A stretch of 63,186 bases of DNA, filler included, from Folioceros fuciformis (taxonomy: Eukaryota): assembly GCA_049999805.1 (NCBI GenBank). It is 13 parts of 13 records of this genome, joined end to end, with 100 filler letters (N's around TTAATTAATTAA, not from the genome) between each part and the next. Parts side by side here need not be neighbours in the genome. Positions count along the whole stretch, not along the records: positions 51,201 to 54,122 come from JBNGIO010000882.1; positions 54,223 to 59,701 come from JBNGIO010000885.1; positions 59,802 to 63,186 come from JBNGIO010000886.1; 10 more parts are not named here. One strand, given 5' to 3'. A program made the translations under genes and the position numbers. This document shows positions 51,201 through 62,800 of this stretch, one piece after another. Positions within the stretch are counted from its first letter, which is position 1. Every line of letters begins with the position of its first letter. The notes under the pieces were generated by a model. That model searched no databases. It was not told the origin of the DNA and was given only the letters and a program-made list of their open reading frames with translations.

Positions 51201-54009
51201 AACAATAGAGGCTCCTAAAATGCGAGTGGTAAGCCTACAAGCTTGCATTCGATATGAACAAGAAGACATACCAGGTATGCAAAGCACAATATTCTAAGTG
51301 CTTAGTTTGACATAACTGAATGAAAATCAAGTCTTCAAACTTGTAGGAAGCAGAATGATATTAGAGCAAAACATCAATGAGAACATGGATGCCATAATCA
51401 ACTTAGGTTGTTGTTTATACAAGGTACAACTAACCTAAGTTTTTGATGTATGAGCTGGGATGTTTGAATAGAATAAAAACATCTTAAGTACAATTATCAT
51501 TGATCTCATGCAGGAAGAAAACTATCAAGCTGCTTATGTGCAATTTACAGAGGCTGCTAATGCTACTGGGTTTCAGGTGATTATAACAGTATGTTTATAG
51601 ATCTAAAGATTTTAGTCATGAAAACAAGTTTATACAAATGATAGGATCTTCATTGATACTATTTCAATAAAACTGTTACAGCCTGAACTAGCATACAACA
51701 GAGCCTTGTGCCTTTACAAGTTGAAGTCATTCCCTCAAGGTATTTTTAAAGATGACTTGATGGATGTCGCTTTATTGTTGCTTGGTTTGAAAGCTCATGC
51801 GCTTTTGATGTGTTTCTTGTTGGAATAGCCTTGAAAGTGTTGATGGAAATTTTTGAGCATGGAATGAGAGAGTACCCAGAACTAAACATTGGCAGGTAAC
51901 TATTCCCCATATGTGATATGAAAAGTGAGTAGCCTCAGTCGTATGATTGAATTTTGTGTGGGTGTGTTTCTCAGTCATGCAGAGTCTATGGAGCTTTTGG
52001 CTGTTGGAAACAGTCCCACTCTGAAAGAGTCTGCACTTGTTGAAGCCTTCAATTTGAAGGTGTTATGTTTTTCTTAACACATGCACATGTGTACTTGGAT
52101 AATTATGCATAAGAGGTTCCTTTGTCTTCCTACTGTAGTGTGCAATTGAATATGTCACTGGAAACATTGAAGTAGCAAAACAAGCTCTGAAGGACATGCC
52201 ACCTAGAGCTGAAGAAGAGCTAGATTCTGTAAGCAAAGCAAGTGCAAAAGTGATTGTGAAGTTGCACAAAGTGTGCAAATTTGCACAAGGCCTTACAACT
52301 CTCTTGAAAATATGGAATCTATTAAAACTACAGATTACTTTACATAATCAAGGTTTGATCAACATGGATACAGATCCAACATCAGGATTTCGAAAGCTTA
52401 ACTTCTTACTCCAGGTCTGTGCCTGGCTCTATCATAAGGAACTTCGTTCAAGCTTATCTTCTTCCTTCATGTCTTCTCAATACTTGCAATATGTTTGAAA
52501 AGAACATAACCAGATGGGTTTTGGTGTTAGAATCCTCCATTCCCTCCAGAGACTTTTGGAAATTTACTACTCCTGTATTGCATGCCCTCTTACGGATTCT
52601 ACGATCTTGCTGCTGATGTCATGGCAGAAAATGTTGATCTCACATTCAAACATTTATCACAAGTTAGTGATTACATCTCTACCCACTGCAAGTCTCGTTA
52701 AATCAACACATTTCAGCTTTATTCACCATGTTGCATGATTTCATATTCCATTGCAGGATTTGTACGATTTCTTAGATGCTACCATTTTGACACAAACATC
52801 CATAGAGGTCAGCACATGCTTAATGAGATGGTGAAAGTAATGAAATTATTCTACCCAAAACCATCATGCTAACGTAACTGTGATATAAGTTTTGTTACAG
52901 GAAGCGTATCAAAAATTTAATGAGCTCGCTAATAGGCACGGTGAGGTATTACGCAGACTCACCAAACAAGTGCAAGATGCTCGCAACTCTCGAGATGTTG
53001 AAATGCATAAGAAAACATTGTTCGAGTATGATCAAAACTTAAAGGTTCTATGTCTTCTAGCATAAATTTATTCACATCGTGCTATCATGTTTTCAAAGTT
53101 GTTTAACAGCATTGTCACATACTTTTATGCTAAGAGTAACCATGCTCATGTAACAGAACTATGTTCCAGTACTAATGGCTATGGCAAAGATTTGTTGGGA
53201 TAAAGAAAACTATTCACAAGTGGAAAGAATATTTCAACATTCAATCGACATTTGTGCTGAACAAGATGCCTGGAAATTGAATGTAGCACATACATTCTTC
53301 ATGCAAGTAAAAAATGAAGAATTCTTACCTTTTTATTTTTTTATTTTTTTTTATTTTTTTTTATCACAAGAGTTTAAGGATGTGTAATTATTCCGGCATT
53401 CAGTTTAACCGTGTATTGAGTTAGGATGACAAGTATAGAGAAGCAATCCACTATTACGAGCCTATCGTTAAAAAAGCTGGCGATAATATCCTCACCGTGA
53501 CTGCCATAGTGCTTGCTAATCTTTGTGTTTCATACATTATGACAAATAGAGTAAGTTTTAAATGCATGGAATGCTTAAGTGTGGAAATATGTATTTAGCT
53601 TATATTAACTCAGATTAAAAATATTATTATGTTTAGAACGATGATGCTGAGGATTTGATGAGAAGGATAGAGAAGGAGGAAGAGAGAATTATTTATGAGG
53701 TATTGTAAATACAAAATAAAAAAATACTCAAATTTATGAATAATTTTACCTATATTGTTGTGGAAATAAAGTACTCATAGAGATGGATATTGTCATTTCT
53801 AGGACCCTGGGAAACAAAATCTTCATTTGTGCATAGTGAATCTAGTTATAGGAACGTTGTATTGTGTGAAACAAAATTTTGAATTTGGAATCAGTCGTAT
53901 CATTAAAAGCTTAGAACCTTATGGGAAGAAGATTGAGATGGATACTTGGTTTTACGCTAAGAGGTGCATCTTAGCGTTGATGGACAATCTAGCCCAACAA
54001 ATGATAATG
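51201..54009 (+). CDS. IFT70: Intraflagellar transport protein 70 (TTC30/DYF-1/fleer), multi-exon, partial at both ends
   Basis: Exons translate to hallmark motifs: NLGCCLYK, ALVEAFNLK, DMPPRAEEELD, ITLHNQGLINMD..PTSGFRKLNFLL, WKLNVAHTFFMQ, AIVLANLCVSYIMT, HLCIVNLVIGTLYC..NFEFGISRIIKSLEPY..DTWFYAKRC; separated by short AT-rich GT-AG introns. Confidence 0.95.
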
Positions 54010-54456
54010 GTGAGATGAGAACGATATGACATATGGATTGAAGTTGATTCCAGCTTGTTGTAGATGTCTCTGATGGATTGAAAACTTTTGGGTTGAAGTT
54101 GATTCCAGCTTCTTGTAGATGTNNNNNNNNNNNNNNNNNNNNNNNNNNNNNNNNNNNNNNNNNNNNTTAATTAATTAANNNNNNNNNNNNNNNNNNNNNN
54201 NNNNNNNNNNNNNNNNNNNNNNATATATAGATCTCCTGATACCCCCTTGCCCACCAAAGGCCAAGGACAACCTTGGTCGTTCCCGACACTTGATCCTGCT
54301 GCCCCGTTTGGCCAAAACACCATGGTCCAAGGAGACTTTATGTAAAAATACCCAAGTACTAGTCTTAACTAAGCCGTTTTCCTCACACTTTCACACAAAA
54401 AAAAAGTGTCCACGCATCCTGTCACTGAGAAAGAGGTTTCCGAATATTTTTCTCCT

Positions 54457-55380
54457 CTACACAATGTCTAATCCAATCCTTCTTTTCTTGTGAAAGTATG
54501 TTGCTCTAACATCCCCAGGTAAGCCTTCGTAACTAGGCTCATGACATATAGCATTTGAAAGGTTAGTGTGCCTATGTTCAAAAAGGCCAAGCTCAATAAT
54601 CATAGGCCATAGAAGAAGTTTCTTCACCCTAAAATTTGCTTGACATCCATGCTTCATACTCTCTCTGTGCATGACCTTACACTTAGTTGTATAAGCACCA
54701 CAAACCACTCCAACCTCTTTTTTGCAAAAGTCTTCTAGGCCATGAGAACACCAATACTCTCTAGTCCCAATGTTAAAATATTAACACCTCCCTAAATAAT
54801 AAAACAATTTGCATACTTCAAACATTCATACTTGACATATGATGCAATTATAAGCATTGTTGGTATTGTAGGATGAGGTAAACGCCCTTGACCCTTAGAA
54901 TCCTTCTTCCATGAGAACACCAATACCCTCCAGTCCCAACGTAAAAATATTAACACCTCCCTAAGTAATAAACCCTCTAGTCCCAACGTAAAAATATTAA
55001 CACCTCAGTAAGTAATAAAATAATTTGCATACTTCAAACATTTGTACTTGGCATATGATGCAGCTATAAGCACTGTTAATACTGTAGGATAAGGTAAACT
55101 TCCTAGATCCTTAGAAGCATTCTTATAAAAGTTTATAGGGTGGGAGCTTACACTGCTCATTCCCCAATAAAGTCTCCCACTCTACAAAAGGATATGTAAG
55201 CCATCCTCACATGTTTTTGCTGCCCTTGTGCCCTAGAATGGTCATGTTGAGAAGATACCCATTTCAGGTTGGTATGCTTAAATAACCTTAATTTAGGAAG
55301 CTGCACCACAAAAGGTGTGTTAGTTGGTGACTCTTCTAAATTACCATAGAAATTTAAATCCATATCGTTATCCTTCAACC
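54457..55380 (-). mobile_element. Probable MULE-like DNA transposase N-terminal fragment (WRKY/FAR1-type Zn finger)
   Basis: TREYWCSHG...HRESMKHGCQANFRVKK...EHRHTN; internal duplication (about 54760-54910 vs 54975-55125). Confidence 0.5.
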
Positions 55381-55538
55381 CTAAACCTCTATTTCTAATG
55401 ATAAAACCCTAATCCTAACCATAACCCTAATCTCAATCTTGAATAACCATCCTATCCCTAATAACAACACAAGGACGTTTCGCACCTAACAACGTGCACC
55501 TAACAACGTGGGAATGGCAGAGTCTTGGACACACGCCT

Positions 55539-55707
55539 CCCAAGGGTGCACTTGTAACCTTAAAAAAATATTATTAGTACCCCAAGGTTGCACTTGTAAC
55601 CTTAAAAAAATATTATTAGTACCCCAAGGTTACAATTGTAACTTTAAAAAAATATTATTAGTACACCCAAGGTTGCACTTGTAATCTTAAACAAATATTA
55701 TTAGTAC
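55539..55707 (+). repeat. Minisatellite, 4 x about 42 bp
   Basis: Unit CCCAAGGTTGCACTTGTAACCTTAAAAAAATATTATTAGTAC. Confidence 0.95.
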
Positions 55708-56431
55708 CGTGTAAAGGGAGAACAACCACCGGTGTAAACTCCAGGTTTCCGTGTCCCGTGTTGAGAACACTTGTGGCCACCCGTGCGATGCTGCATGACT
55801 TATCATGCTATGGCCATGGGGCAAGAACATAAAGGTACATGTAGCGGGCATGGGGGGCCTCGTGGACACAAGTGCAGGCCTTAATGGCCATCGGGTATCC
55901 ATGTGCAAGCGGCTCGCGCATGCCAGATGGCCCCGTCCATCTAACAACAGAACAACTGTCATGGCGGAAAAGGAATAAAACATGGAAGGGTTTTAGTGTG
56001 TATGGATGCATGGACATCCGATAACAGAACGAACGATCGCGTTTCAATCCTGGGAACAGGCTCTTGCGGGGAGGCGGGGCCTGCACTCACCTGGTACACA
56101 TGCCTGGAATGCATTGTCGTAATATCAATGGCAAAGAACGGTGTTCGAGCCGAACCCACCTCGCCACAGACGAGGACATGCCCCATTTGAGGGCTTCACG
56201 AAAGAACGTGTCGAAGAAATGGTATCCTTGCTGCGCCAAGGTGGCCATCTCTTTGGCAACCATGTTGCGCTGCTTTCCAAGTGCTTGTTTTGGTGTCTAT
56301 TGCCCTGGGTACGCAGTGGAAGACAGCTCGCACTATCCCGCAGGGCCATGCGATCGTACACAGTGCCTGCCCATCCTGCCATAGTTTGTTGTTAGACTCA
56401 TCTTCTATCTTCCGACAGAGGTCCCTGAACG

Positions 56432-59400
56432 ATGGCCAAAGTGTGGCGACCGGACCCGTTTTGGACCCCACAGATTGGTTTGCGCTCAGGGATTCTTCAA
56501 GGAGATGCCGCTCATCTCACTGTTGGGAATAATCTCCCGGCGAACAACCAGGCCTGTAGGTGCAGCAGTGTAAGGAGCGCAGCACTCCCCCTTCCCACAG
56601 CGTGTGTCGGTGGGGGCGGGGTCTTCAGTGAATGTCGTCGCCAGGAGCAGGAGCACTTGTGGCAACGATTTTTCCTGGAACCTACCATGTGGCGGGACAA
56701 CAGACGGGATAAAAAGAGCTCCCGCTCGCCTGACTTCCGGCGTAAGGGGTCCGGCGAGGTCCTGTGGTTAAACAGCATGTTCAAGCCAGCTTGGGTTGAT
56801 GAGCAGCTGGTTTCCTTGGACGTGCAGATGGGTCATGGTGAATTTCATTCCAAGCGGGCCTCTACAGATAACAGTGGACCTGGGACGCGGTCAGGATCGG
56901 AAGGTGACGTCGTTACGGCTGGAACTGTGAGCATGTTATGTCAGGAGGGTAAGCTTTCTGAGGCTGTTGGAGCCCTGGAATCTTTGGCGCAGACAGACTC
57001 TTCTATTTCTCAGTCTCTGTTGTACACCGTGCTAAAGCTGTGTACAGCGAGGAAGAATTTGGGCGTGGGGCGACGAGTTCATGACCTGACCGTTAAACTT
57101 GGGTACGAGTCGAATGCGTACTTGGGGAACCACATCTTGCGCATGTATGCATTCGGAGGTAGGCTGAAGGAGGCCATGGATGTGTTCACCAGGGTGACCA
57201 AACCTGATCCCTTCATGTGGTTTTCCATCATCTCTGCACATGCTAAACATGGGAAACCTGAAGAGGCCATACAATTGTACCATGCTATGTGTAGGTCAGG
57301 AGTGAAGGCAAATGGTCACGTCTTTGTCGCTGCCCTTCAGGCTTGTGCATTGGCCGCTGACTTGGAAACTGGGAGAAAGGTTCACTGTGATGTGTTGCAC
57401 AGTGGCATTCCTACCAACTTGTTTGTTGGCAACGGCCTGGTGGACATGTATGCAAAGTGTGGAGAACTGCAAGATGCACTCCTGGTTTTTGAAAGCATGA
57501 CCACAAAGGATGTGGTGACATGGACGGCGCTGATTGCGGGCTATGCGCAGCAAGGGCTCAGCCAAGAGGCGCTCCTTCTGTATGAGCGAATGGAACAGGA
57601 GGGCCTGATTGTGGCTAACCATGTTACTTTTGCTTGTCTTCTCAAGGCCTGTGCAAGCATTGGTGCTTTGCAGAAAGGCAGGGAGCTGCATGCCCGGATT
57701 CTCAAACGAGGACTGCTGGATGACATACTGGTGGGCACATGCCTGGTGGACATGTATGCAAAATGTGGGAAACTGGAAGATGCACACATGGTTTTTGATG
57801 GGTTGGCCAAAAAAAATGTGGTTACATGGACGGTCCTGCTTGCAGGGTATGCCCAGCAAGGGCTCGGACATGAGGCACTCGTTGTGTACAAACGAATGGA
57901 GCAGGAGGGGGTCATTTTGGCCGACCATGTGACTTTTGCTTTCCTTCTGAAGGCCTGTGCAAGTGCCGGTGACTTACAGAAGGGCAGGCATCTGCACTCA
58001 CAGATTGTGGAACAAGGACATCTAGGTAATGTACTGGTGGCCAACTGCCTGGTGGACATGTATGCGAAATGCGGTGAAGTGGAATATGCACGCCAGGTAT
58101 TTGAAAGCATGGCCACCAAGGATGTGGTGACATGGACGGTACTGATTGGTGGGTATTCCCATCAGGGCCTGGGACATGAGGCACTTGTAGTCTATGAACA
58201 AATGGAGGAAGAGGGCGTGAGTTTGGCTAACCATGTGACTTTCGCTTGCCTTCTTAAAGCTTGTGCAAGCAGCGGCGCCTTACAGAAGGGGAGGCAACTA
58301 CACTCACGAATCGTTGAAAGAGGACTGTTGCACAACGTGGTGTTGGGCAACTGCCTGGTGGATATGTATGCAAAATGTGGTGAACTGGACGAGGCTCGCG
58401 AGGTTTTCGACAACTTGGCCACGAAGGACGTGGTGACATGGACAGCGCTGATTGCTGGGTATGCCCAGCAAGGGCTTGGACATGAAGCACTCGCTGTCTA
58501 TGGACAAATGGAGCAGGAGGGCCTGATTGTGGCTAACGATGTTACCTTTGCTTGCCTTCTTAAGGCCTGTGGCCTCGCCGGTGCGTTACAGATGGGCAGG
58601 CATCTGCACTCACAGATTGTGGAGAGAGGACTGCTGGATGTAGTGTTGGGGAACTGCTTGGTGGACATGTATGCGAAATGTGGTGAAGTGGAAGATGCAC
58701 GGCAGGTTTTTGACGGCATGGCCACAAAAGACGTGGTGACGTGGACCGCCCTGATATCTGGGTATGGTGCTTGTGATGAAGGCGTCAAGGCACTGGCTTG
58801 TTTTGAGGATATGTTAGTTGCGGGTATTCAGCCTAACGAGACAACTTTCACTTGCCTTTTGGTAGCATGCAGTCATGAGGGACTGGTCGACGAGGGTCGC
58901 AAGCACTTTGATTCCATGGCTGAACAGCACGGCATCAAACCTACTGTCGAGCATTACCTTTGCATGATTGAGCTTCTTGGGCGTGCAGGCCATTTAGATG
59001 AGGCAGAGAAGATGCTATTATCATGTGAGGGCCAGACTAATTTTGTGGGCCTGACGTCATTATTAAATGCCTGCAAAAGTCATGGGGATATAGATAGGGC
59101 GATGTGGTGTTTTGATAGCATTGTAAAGCTGGACCCTCAGCGGGCGTCGTCTTATGTGCTCATGGCTAAGGCGTACGCAGATGCAGGTAGGTGGGCCGAT
59201 GTAGACAGAATTGAAACACAGAGAATGGTAGCCGGAGCTAACAAGAAACCTGCAGTGGCAACGGTTGAGGTGAATAAGCAGGTACACAGATTTCTGGTTG
59301 GAGAAAGAAGGGAGGATATTGCACAAATGGTGGAGAGCACGAATATACGTCTGAAGAAGGAAGGAGGCCACGTACCTCACACAAAGTTGGTGTTGAAGCC

Positions 59401-59647
59401 AGTGTGTGAGAAGGAAAAGGAAGACGCACTTTGTGGGCATGCTGAGAAGCTAGCTCTGGCGTTTGGGCTCTTGAACACTCCGAGTGGGACGCCTCTGGTA
59501 GTAACGAAGAATCTACGGATGTGCAGTGACTGCCACAGTTCCACGGAGATCATGTCAAGGATTGAACAGAGAGACATTGTTGTAAGGGATGGGTACCGTG
59601 TGCATCGATTCGCAAATGGTTGTTGCAGTTGTAAAGGTCGACCCTGA
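56432..59647 (+). CDS. PLS-class pentatricopeptide repeat protein with E1-E2 and a DYW:KP (GRP-type) domain; candidate U-to-C organellar RNA editing factor
   Basis: Intact 1071-aa ORF; about 21 PPR motifs in P-L-S triplets ending P2-L2-S2, then E1, E2, then KKPAVATVEV (in place of the PG box), HAEKLA, CSDCH and terminal CSCKGRP*. The true start codon is uncertain. Confidence 0.96.
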   Translation: MAKVWRPDPFWTPQIGLRSGILQGDAAHLTVGNNLPANNQACRCSSVRSAALPLPTACVGGGGVFSECRRQEQEHLWQRFFLEPTMWRDNRRDKKSSRSPDFRRKGSGEVLWLNSMFKPAWVDEQLVSLDVQMGHGEFHSKRASTDNSGPGTRSGSEGDVVTAGTVSMLCQEGKLSEAVGALESLAQTDSSISQSLLYTVLKLCTARKNLGVGRRVHDLTVKLGYESNAYLGNHILRMYAFGGRLKEAMDVFTRVTKPDPFMWFSIISAHAKHGKPEEAIQLYHAMCRSGVKANGHVFVAALQACALAADLETGRKVHCDVLHSGIPTNLFVGNGLVDMYAKCGELQDALLVFESMTTKDVVTWTALIAGYAQQGLSQEALLLYERMEQEGLIVANHVTFACLLKACASIGALQKGRELHARILKRGLLDDILVGTCLVDMYAKCGKLEDAHMVFDGLAKKNVVTWTVLLAGYAQQGLGHEALVVYKRMEQEGVILADHVTFAFLLKACASAGDLQKGRHLHSQIVEQGHLGNVLVANCLVDMYAKCGEVEYARQVFESMATKDVVTWTVLIGGYSHQGLGHEALVVYEQMEEEGVSLANHVTFACLLKACASSGALQKGRQLHSRIVERGLLHNVVLGNCLVDMYAKCGELDEAREVFDNLATKDVVTWTALIAGYAQQGLGHEALAVYGQMEQEGLIVANDVTFACLLKACGLAGALQMGRHLHSQIVERGLLDVVLGNCLVDMYAKCGEVEDARQVFDGMATKDVVTWTALISGYGACDEGVKALACFEDMLVAGIQPNETTFTCLLVACSHEGLVDEGRKHFDSMAEQHGIKPTVEHYLCMIELLGRAGHLDEAEKMLLSCEGQTNFVGLTSLLNACKSHGDIDRAMWCFDSIVKLDPQRASSYVLMAKAYADAGRWADVDRIETQRMVAGANKKPAVATVEVNKQVHRFLVGERREDIAQMVESTNIRLKKEGGHVPHTKLVLKPVCEKEKEDALCGHAEKLALAFGLLNTPSGTPLVVTKNLRMCSDCHSSTEIMSRIEQRDIVVRDGYRVHRFANGCCSCKGRP

Positions 59648-59897
59648 CAATGTGGCAGAAGCAGCGAGTGCGCAAGTTTGTATCTTAGAGAACATTGGCG
59701 TNNNNNNNNNNNNNNNNNNNNNNNNNNNNNNNNNNNNNNNNNNNNTTAATTAATTAANNNNNNNNNNNNNNNNNNNNNNNNNNNNNNNNNNNNNNNNNNN
59801 NCAGCTGTGCTGAAGGATGCTGTGACCAGTATGGAACCAAGCTGCACTGGGGTTGCAGCACCTCTGGATGCCTGAATCTTATGAATGACACCTGTCC

Positions 59898-62800
59898 ATG
59901 TCATACAGAAATTGGCGCAACAGAATTCCATTGCGCAAGACACCTAAGAGGCCTAATCAGGATCCTTCTTTGCTACCACTAGCAGTAGATCCTTTAGGAC
60001 TTGCACACCAACCTGCTCAGTCAGCAGCATCGGTGGGGAGTACCAATGTTGTACCTGCAAATTTACTAGCAGCACAATTAGCTCATGTAGTACAGGCTGT
60101 TTTCATACCTCAGCAAACACAAGTAGGACAGGTGACCCAAGCTGCCAATGCAGCACTAGCAGCACAACTAATCACAACATTTAGCACAATGGGTACTCCA
60201 CAAAATATCACCAACAACACAACTGTGAATAACATTAAAATAGACTTTAAGGAAAAAGACAGATTTACAGGTTCACAGTTTGACATATGGTCTCTTCGGG
60301 TTCAGACCATCCTGAAAGAGCATGATTTATGGGAGGTTGTTGATGGAACCTCTGTAAAACCTGCAGCAGGTTCACCACCTGCTGACATTGCAGCATGGGT
60401 TAAGAAGGACTTACGAGCATTGGGAGTTATTCAGTCCGCGCTTGATGGGACGATGATGCATCACACGAGAGATGCAGCATCAACAAAGGCCGTCTGGGAC
60501 TCTCTTTCTCAAGTATACCAGGTTGTGAATGGTACATCCTTGGTTTGTGCAACCCGGGACTTCTACAACTGCAAAATGCGGGAAGGTGAATCAGTCGAGC
60601 AGCACGTCATTAAGTTTAGGCAACTAAGGTCAAAACTTACCTCAAGTGGCACCACCACTACTGAGATGCAGGCCGCTGTGGCTCTACTATTGTCACTTCC
60701 TGAAAGCTATCGAACATTCGTTAGCAATTACAGCACATCTCTTCGTCAAATAGGGCTGGCCACACCAGCAGGCCAGCTTCCTCCTGTTACACTATCTGAC
60801 CTCATTGGTGCTCTTCTTGAAGAAGAGTCTACTAGGCATACAAGCAAGGGTGGTTCTCACAAGGGAGACCACATTAATAGGGTGCTTTACACTAAAGGCC
60901 CTCAGAGGCAACCTCCACGACAAGCTTGGCCTGCTAGTAGCAGCAGTGGTAACACTAAGAAGAAACCAAGTGCTGCCACCACTAAGAAAAAAGGCACCTG
61001 CAACTGGTGCTTGATTCCTGGACATTGGGAAGCTGAGTGTAGAAAGAAAAAGGCTGGAGAGCCTAAAAGGACTGCACCTCCTGAAACCAATGTGGTACTT
61101 CGAAAAACCAACACCATACTTGCAGTCTGCCTTGTCTCATCTGTATCAGATAAGCACATCTGGTTCTTAGACTCCGGAGCCTCTGCACATATTTGTCATA
61201 CAAAGGATTCCTTTGACAACTATAGACCAGTGCAACCTGGACAGTCAGTCAAGCTGGGGGATGACAGAGGTCTTACCATAGAAGGAGTCGGTACAGTTCC
61301 AGTTGTCCTTGCAGATAAGACAACTATCCATCTTAGTGATGTGTTACATGTGCCTGACATGGCAAAGAATCTAGTGTCTATACGTAGGTTCACAGCTCAA
61401 CATCCTCTTGACATCTCGTTCAGTAGAGATGAATGTCACATTACTGATCCACGGTTGGGAGACAAAGTAGTTGCAGTTGGTACCCCACTGCATGACCTGT
61501 ACAAGGTCAACTTTACCTCCAAGTTTGGCACACGTCCTGCAAGAGCACATGTGCATGTCAGTCAAGAGGAAAAACAACAGCAGCAGGCCATGCTATGGCA
61601 CTGCCGCCTGGCTCATGTCAACTTTGACAAACTAAAAACTATGGTGGCCAGTAACAATCTGTATAGAGAAAAATTTATGCTCAAGTTTGCAGACAAGCAG
61701 TTCTGCGAATCATGTGTCTTCGGCAAACACAAGAGGCTACCCTATGCTGATAAGAATCCTACAAGAGCAACTAAGTTGCTGGAGCTCGTACATACTGACC
61801 TATGTGGCCCCATGTCCACAGCCACCTTTGGAGGTGCACTCTATATTCTGTCCTTTTTAGATGACTGGAGCCGCTATGTGGTAGTATACCTGCTCAAACA
61901 CAAAAGCCAAGCCTTGAGCCGCTTCCAGGAGTACGTTCCCTATGCACAAAGACAAACAGGCCAACTAATTAAGTGCCTTCGCAGTGATGGAGGAGGTGAG
62001 TTCTGTTCAAATGCTTTTGAGGAATACTGTAAGGACCTGGGGATAAGCAGACAATACACTGTACCTTACACATCTTCTCAAAACCCTCTTGCCGAGTTGA
62101 ACAATAGACACCTTCAAGAAGCTGCTAAGTCTTTGCTTCAGTTTTCTGGTTTATCACGGGGTTACTGGGGTGAGGCAGTTGTAACAGCTGCATATGTCAG
62201 AAATAGGCTACCCACAAAAGCCTTTGAGGGTGCTACTCCATTTCAGAGATGGACTAATCATAGACCAAGGATCAATCATCTGAGGATCTTCGGGTCGCCT
62301 GCGTATGCACACCTTGCAGAAAAACAACGCAGGAAGTTAGATTACAAATCCCGTAAGTATGTGTTTATTGGTTACACAGAAGGAATTAAAGGGTATAAAT
62401 TATATGACCCAGTGTCTAGAACCACCACACATGCTAGGAGTGTAATCTTTAATGAGCAGCTGCTGTTACATCCACCTACAGCCAATGCACCTCAGCAGAA
62501 CCCTACCTCAGACCAAGCTGATGAGCCTCATGACATCACCTTAGAAACTGGAACTATGTCTACATCTCAGACTTGTGCACAGCAGCAACAGATTAGAGTA
62601 CCCCAGTCCTCTACACCATCATCCAGTCAGGCCCCACACCCATCTATGGATACTGACCTCTCAGATGACGATGACGAGCCAAGTGTGTTCCCTGACAATG
62701 ATAGTGAAGGGGAGGAGCCAGTCTCCTTTGAATCTGTGCACAATGCAAGTGATGGTGAGGAAGATCAGCCACATACAGAAACAGCAGCAGCAGAAAGTGC

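Noticed and set aside
55539-55707. CRISPR or guide array linked to the PPR-DYW gene
   Set aside because: Plain 42-bp minisatellite without spacers; PPR proteins recognise RNA without guides.
57032-59577. Many minus-strand ORFs over the PPR gene
   Set aside because: Antisense shadows of a repetitive coding sequence with no independent motifs.
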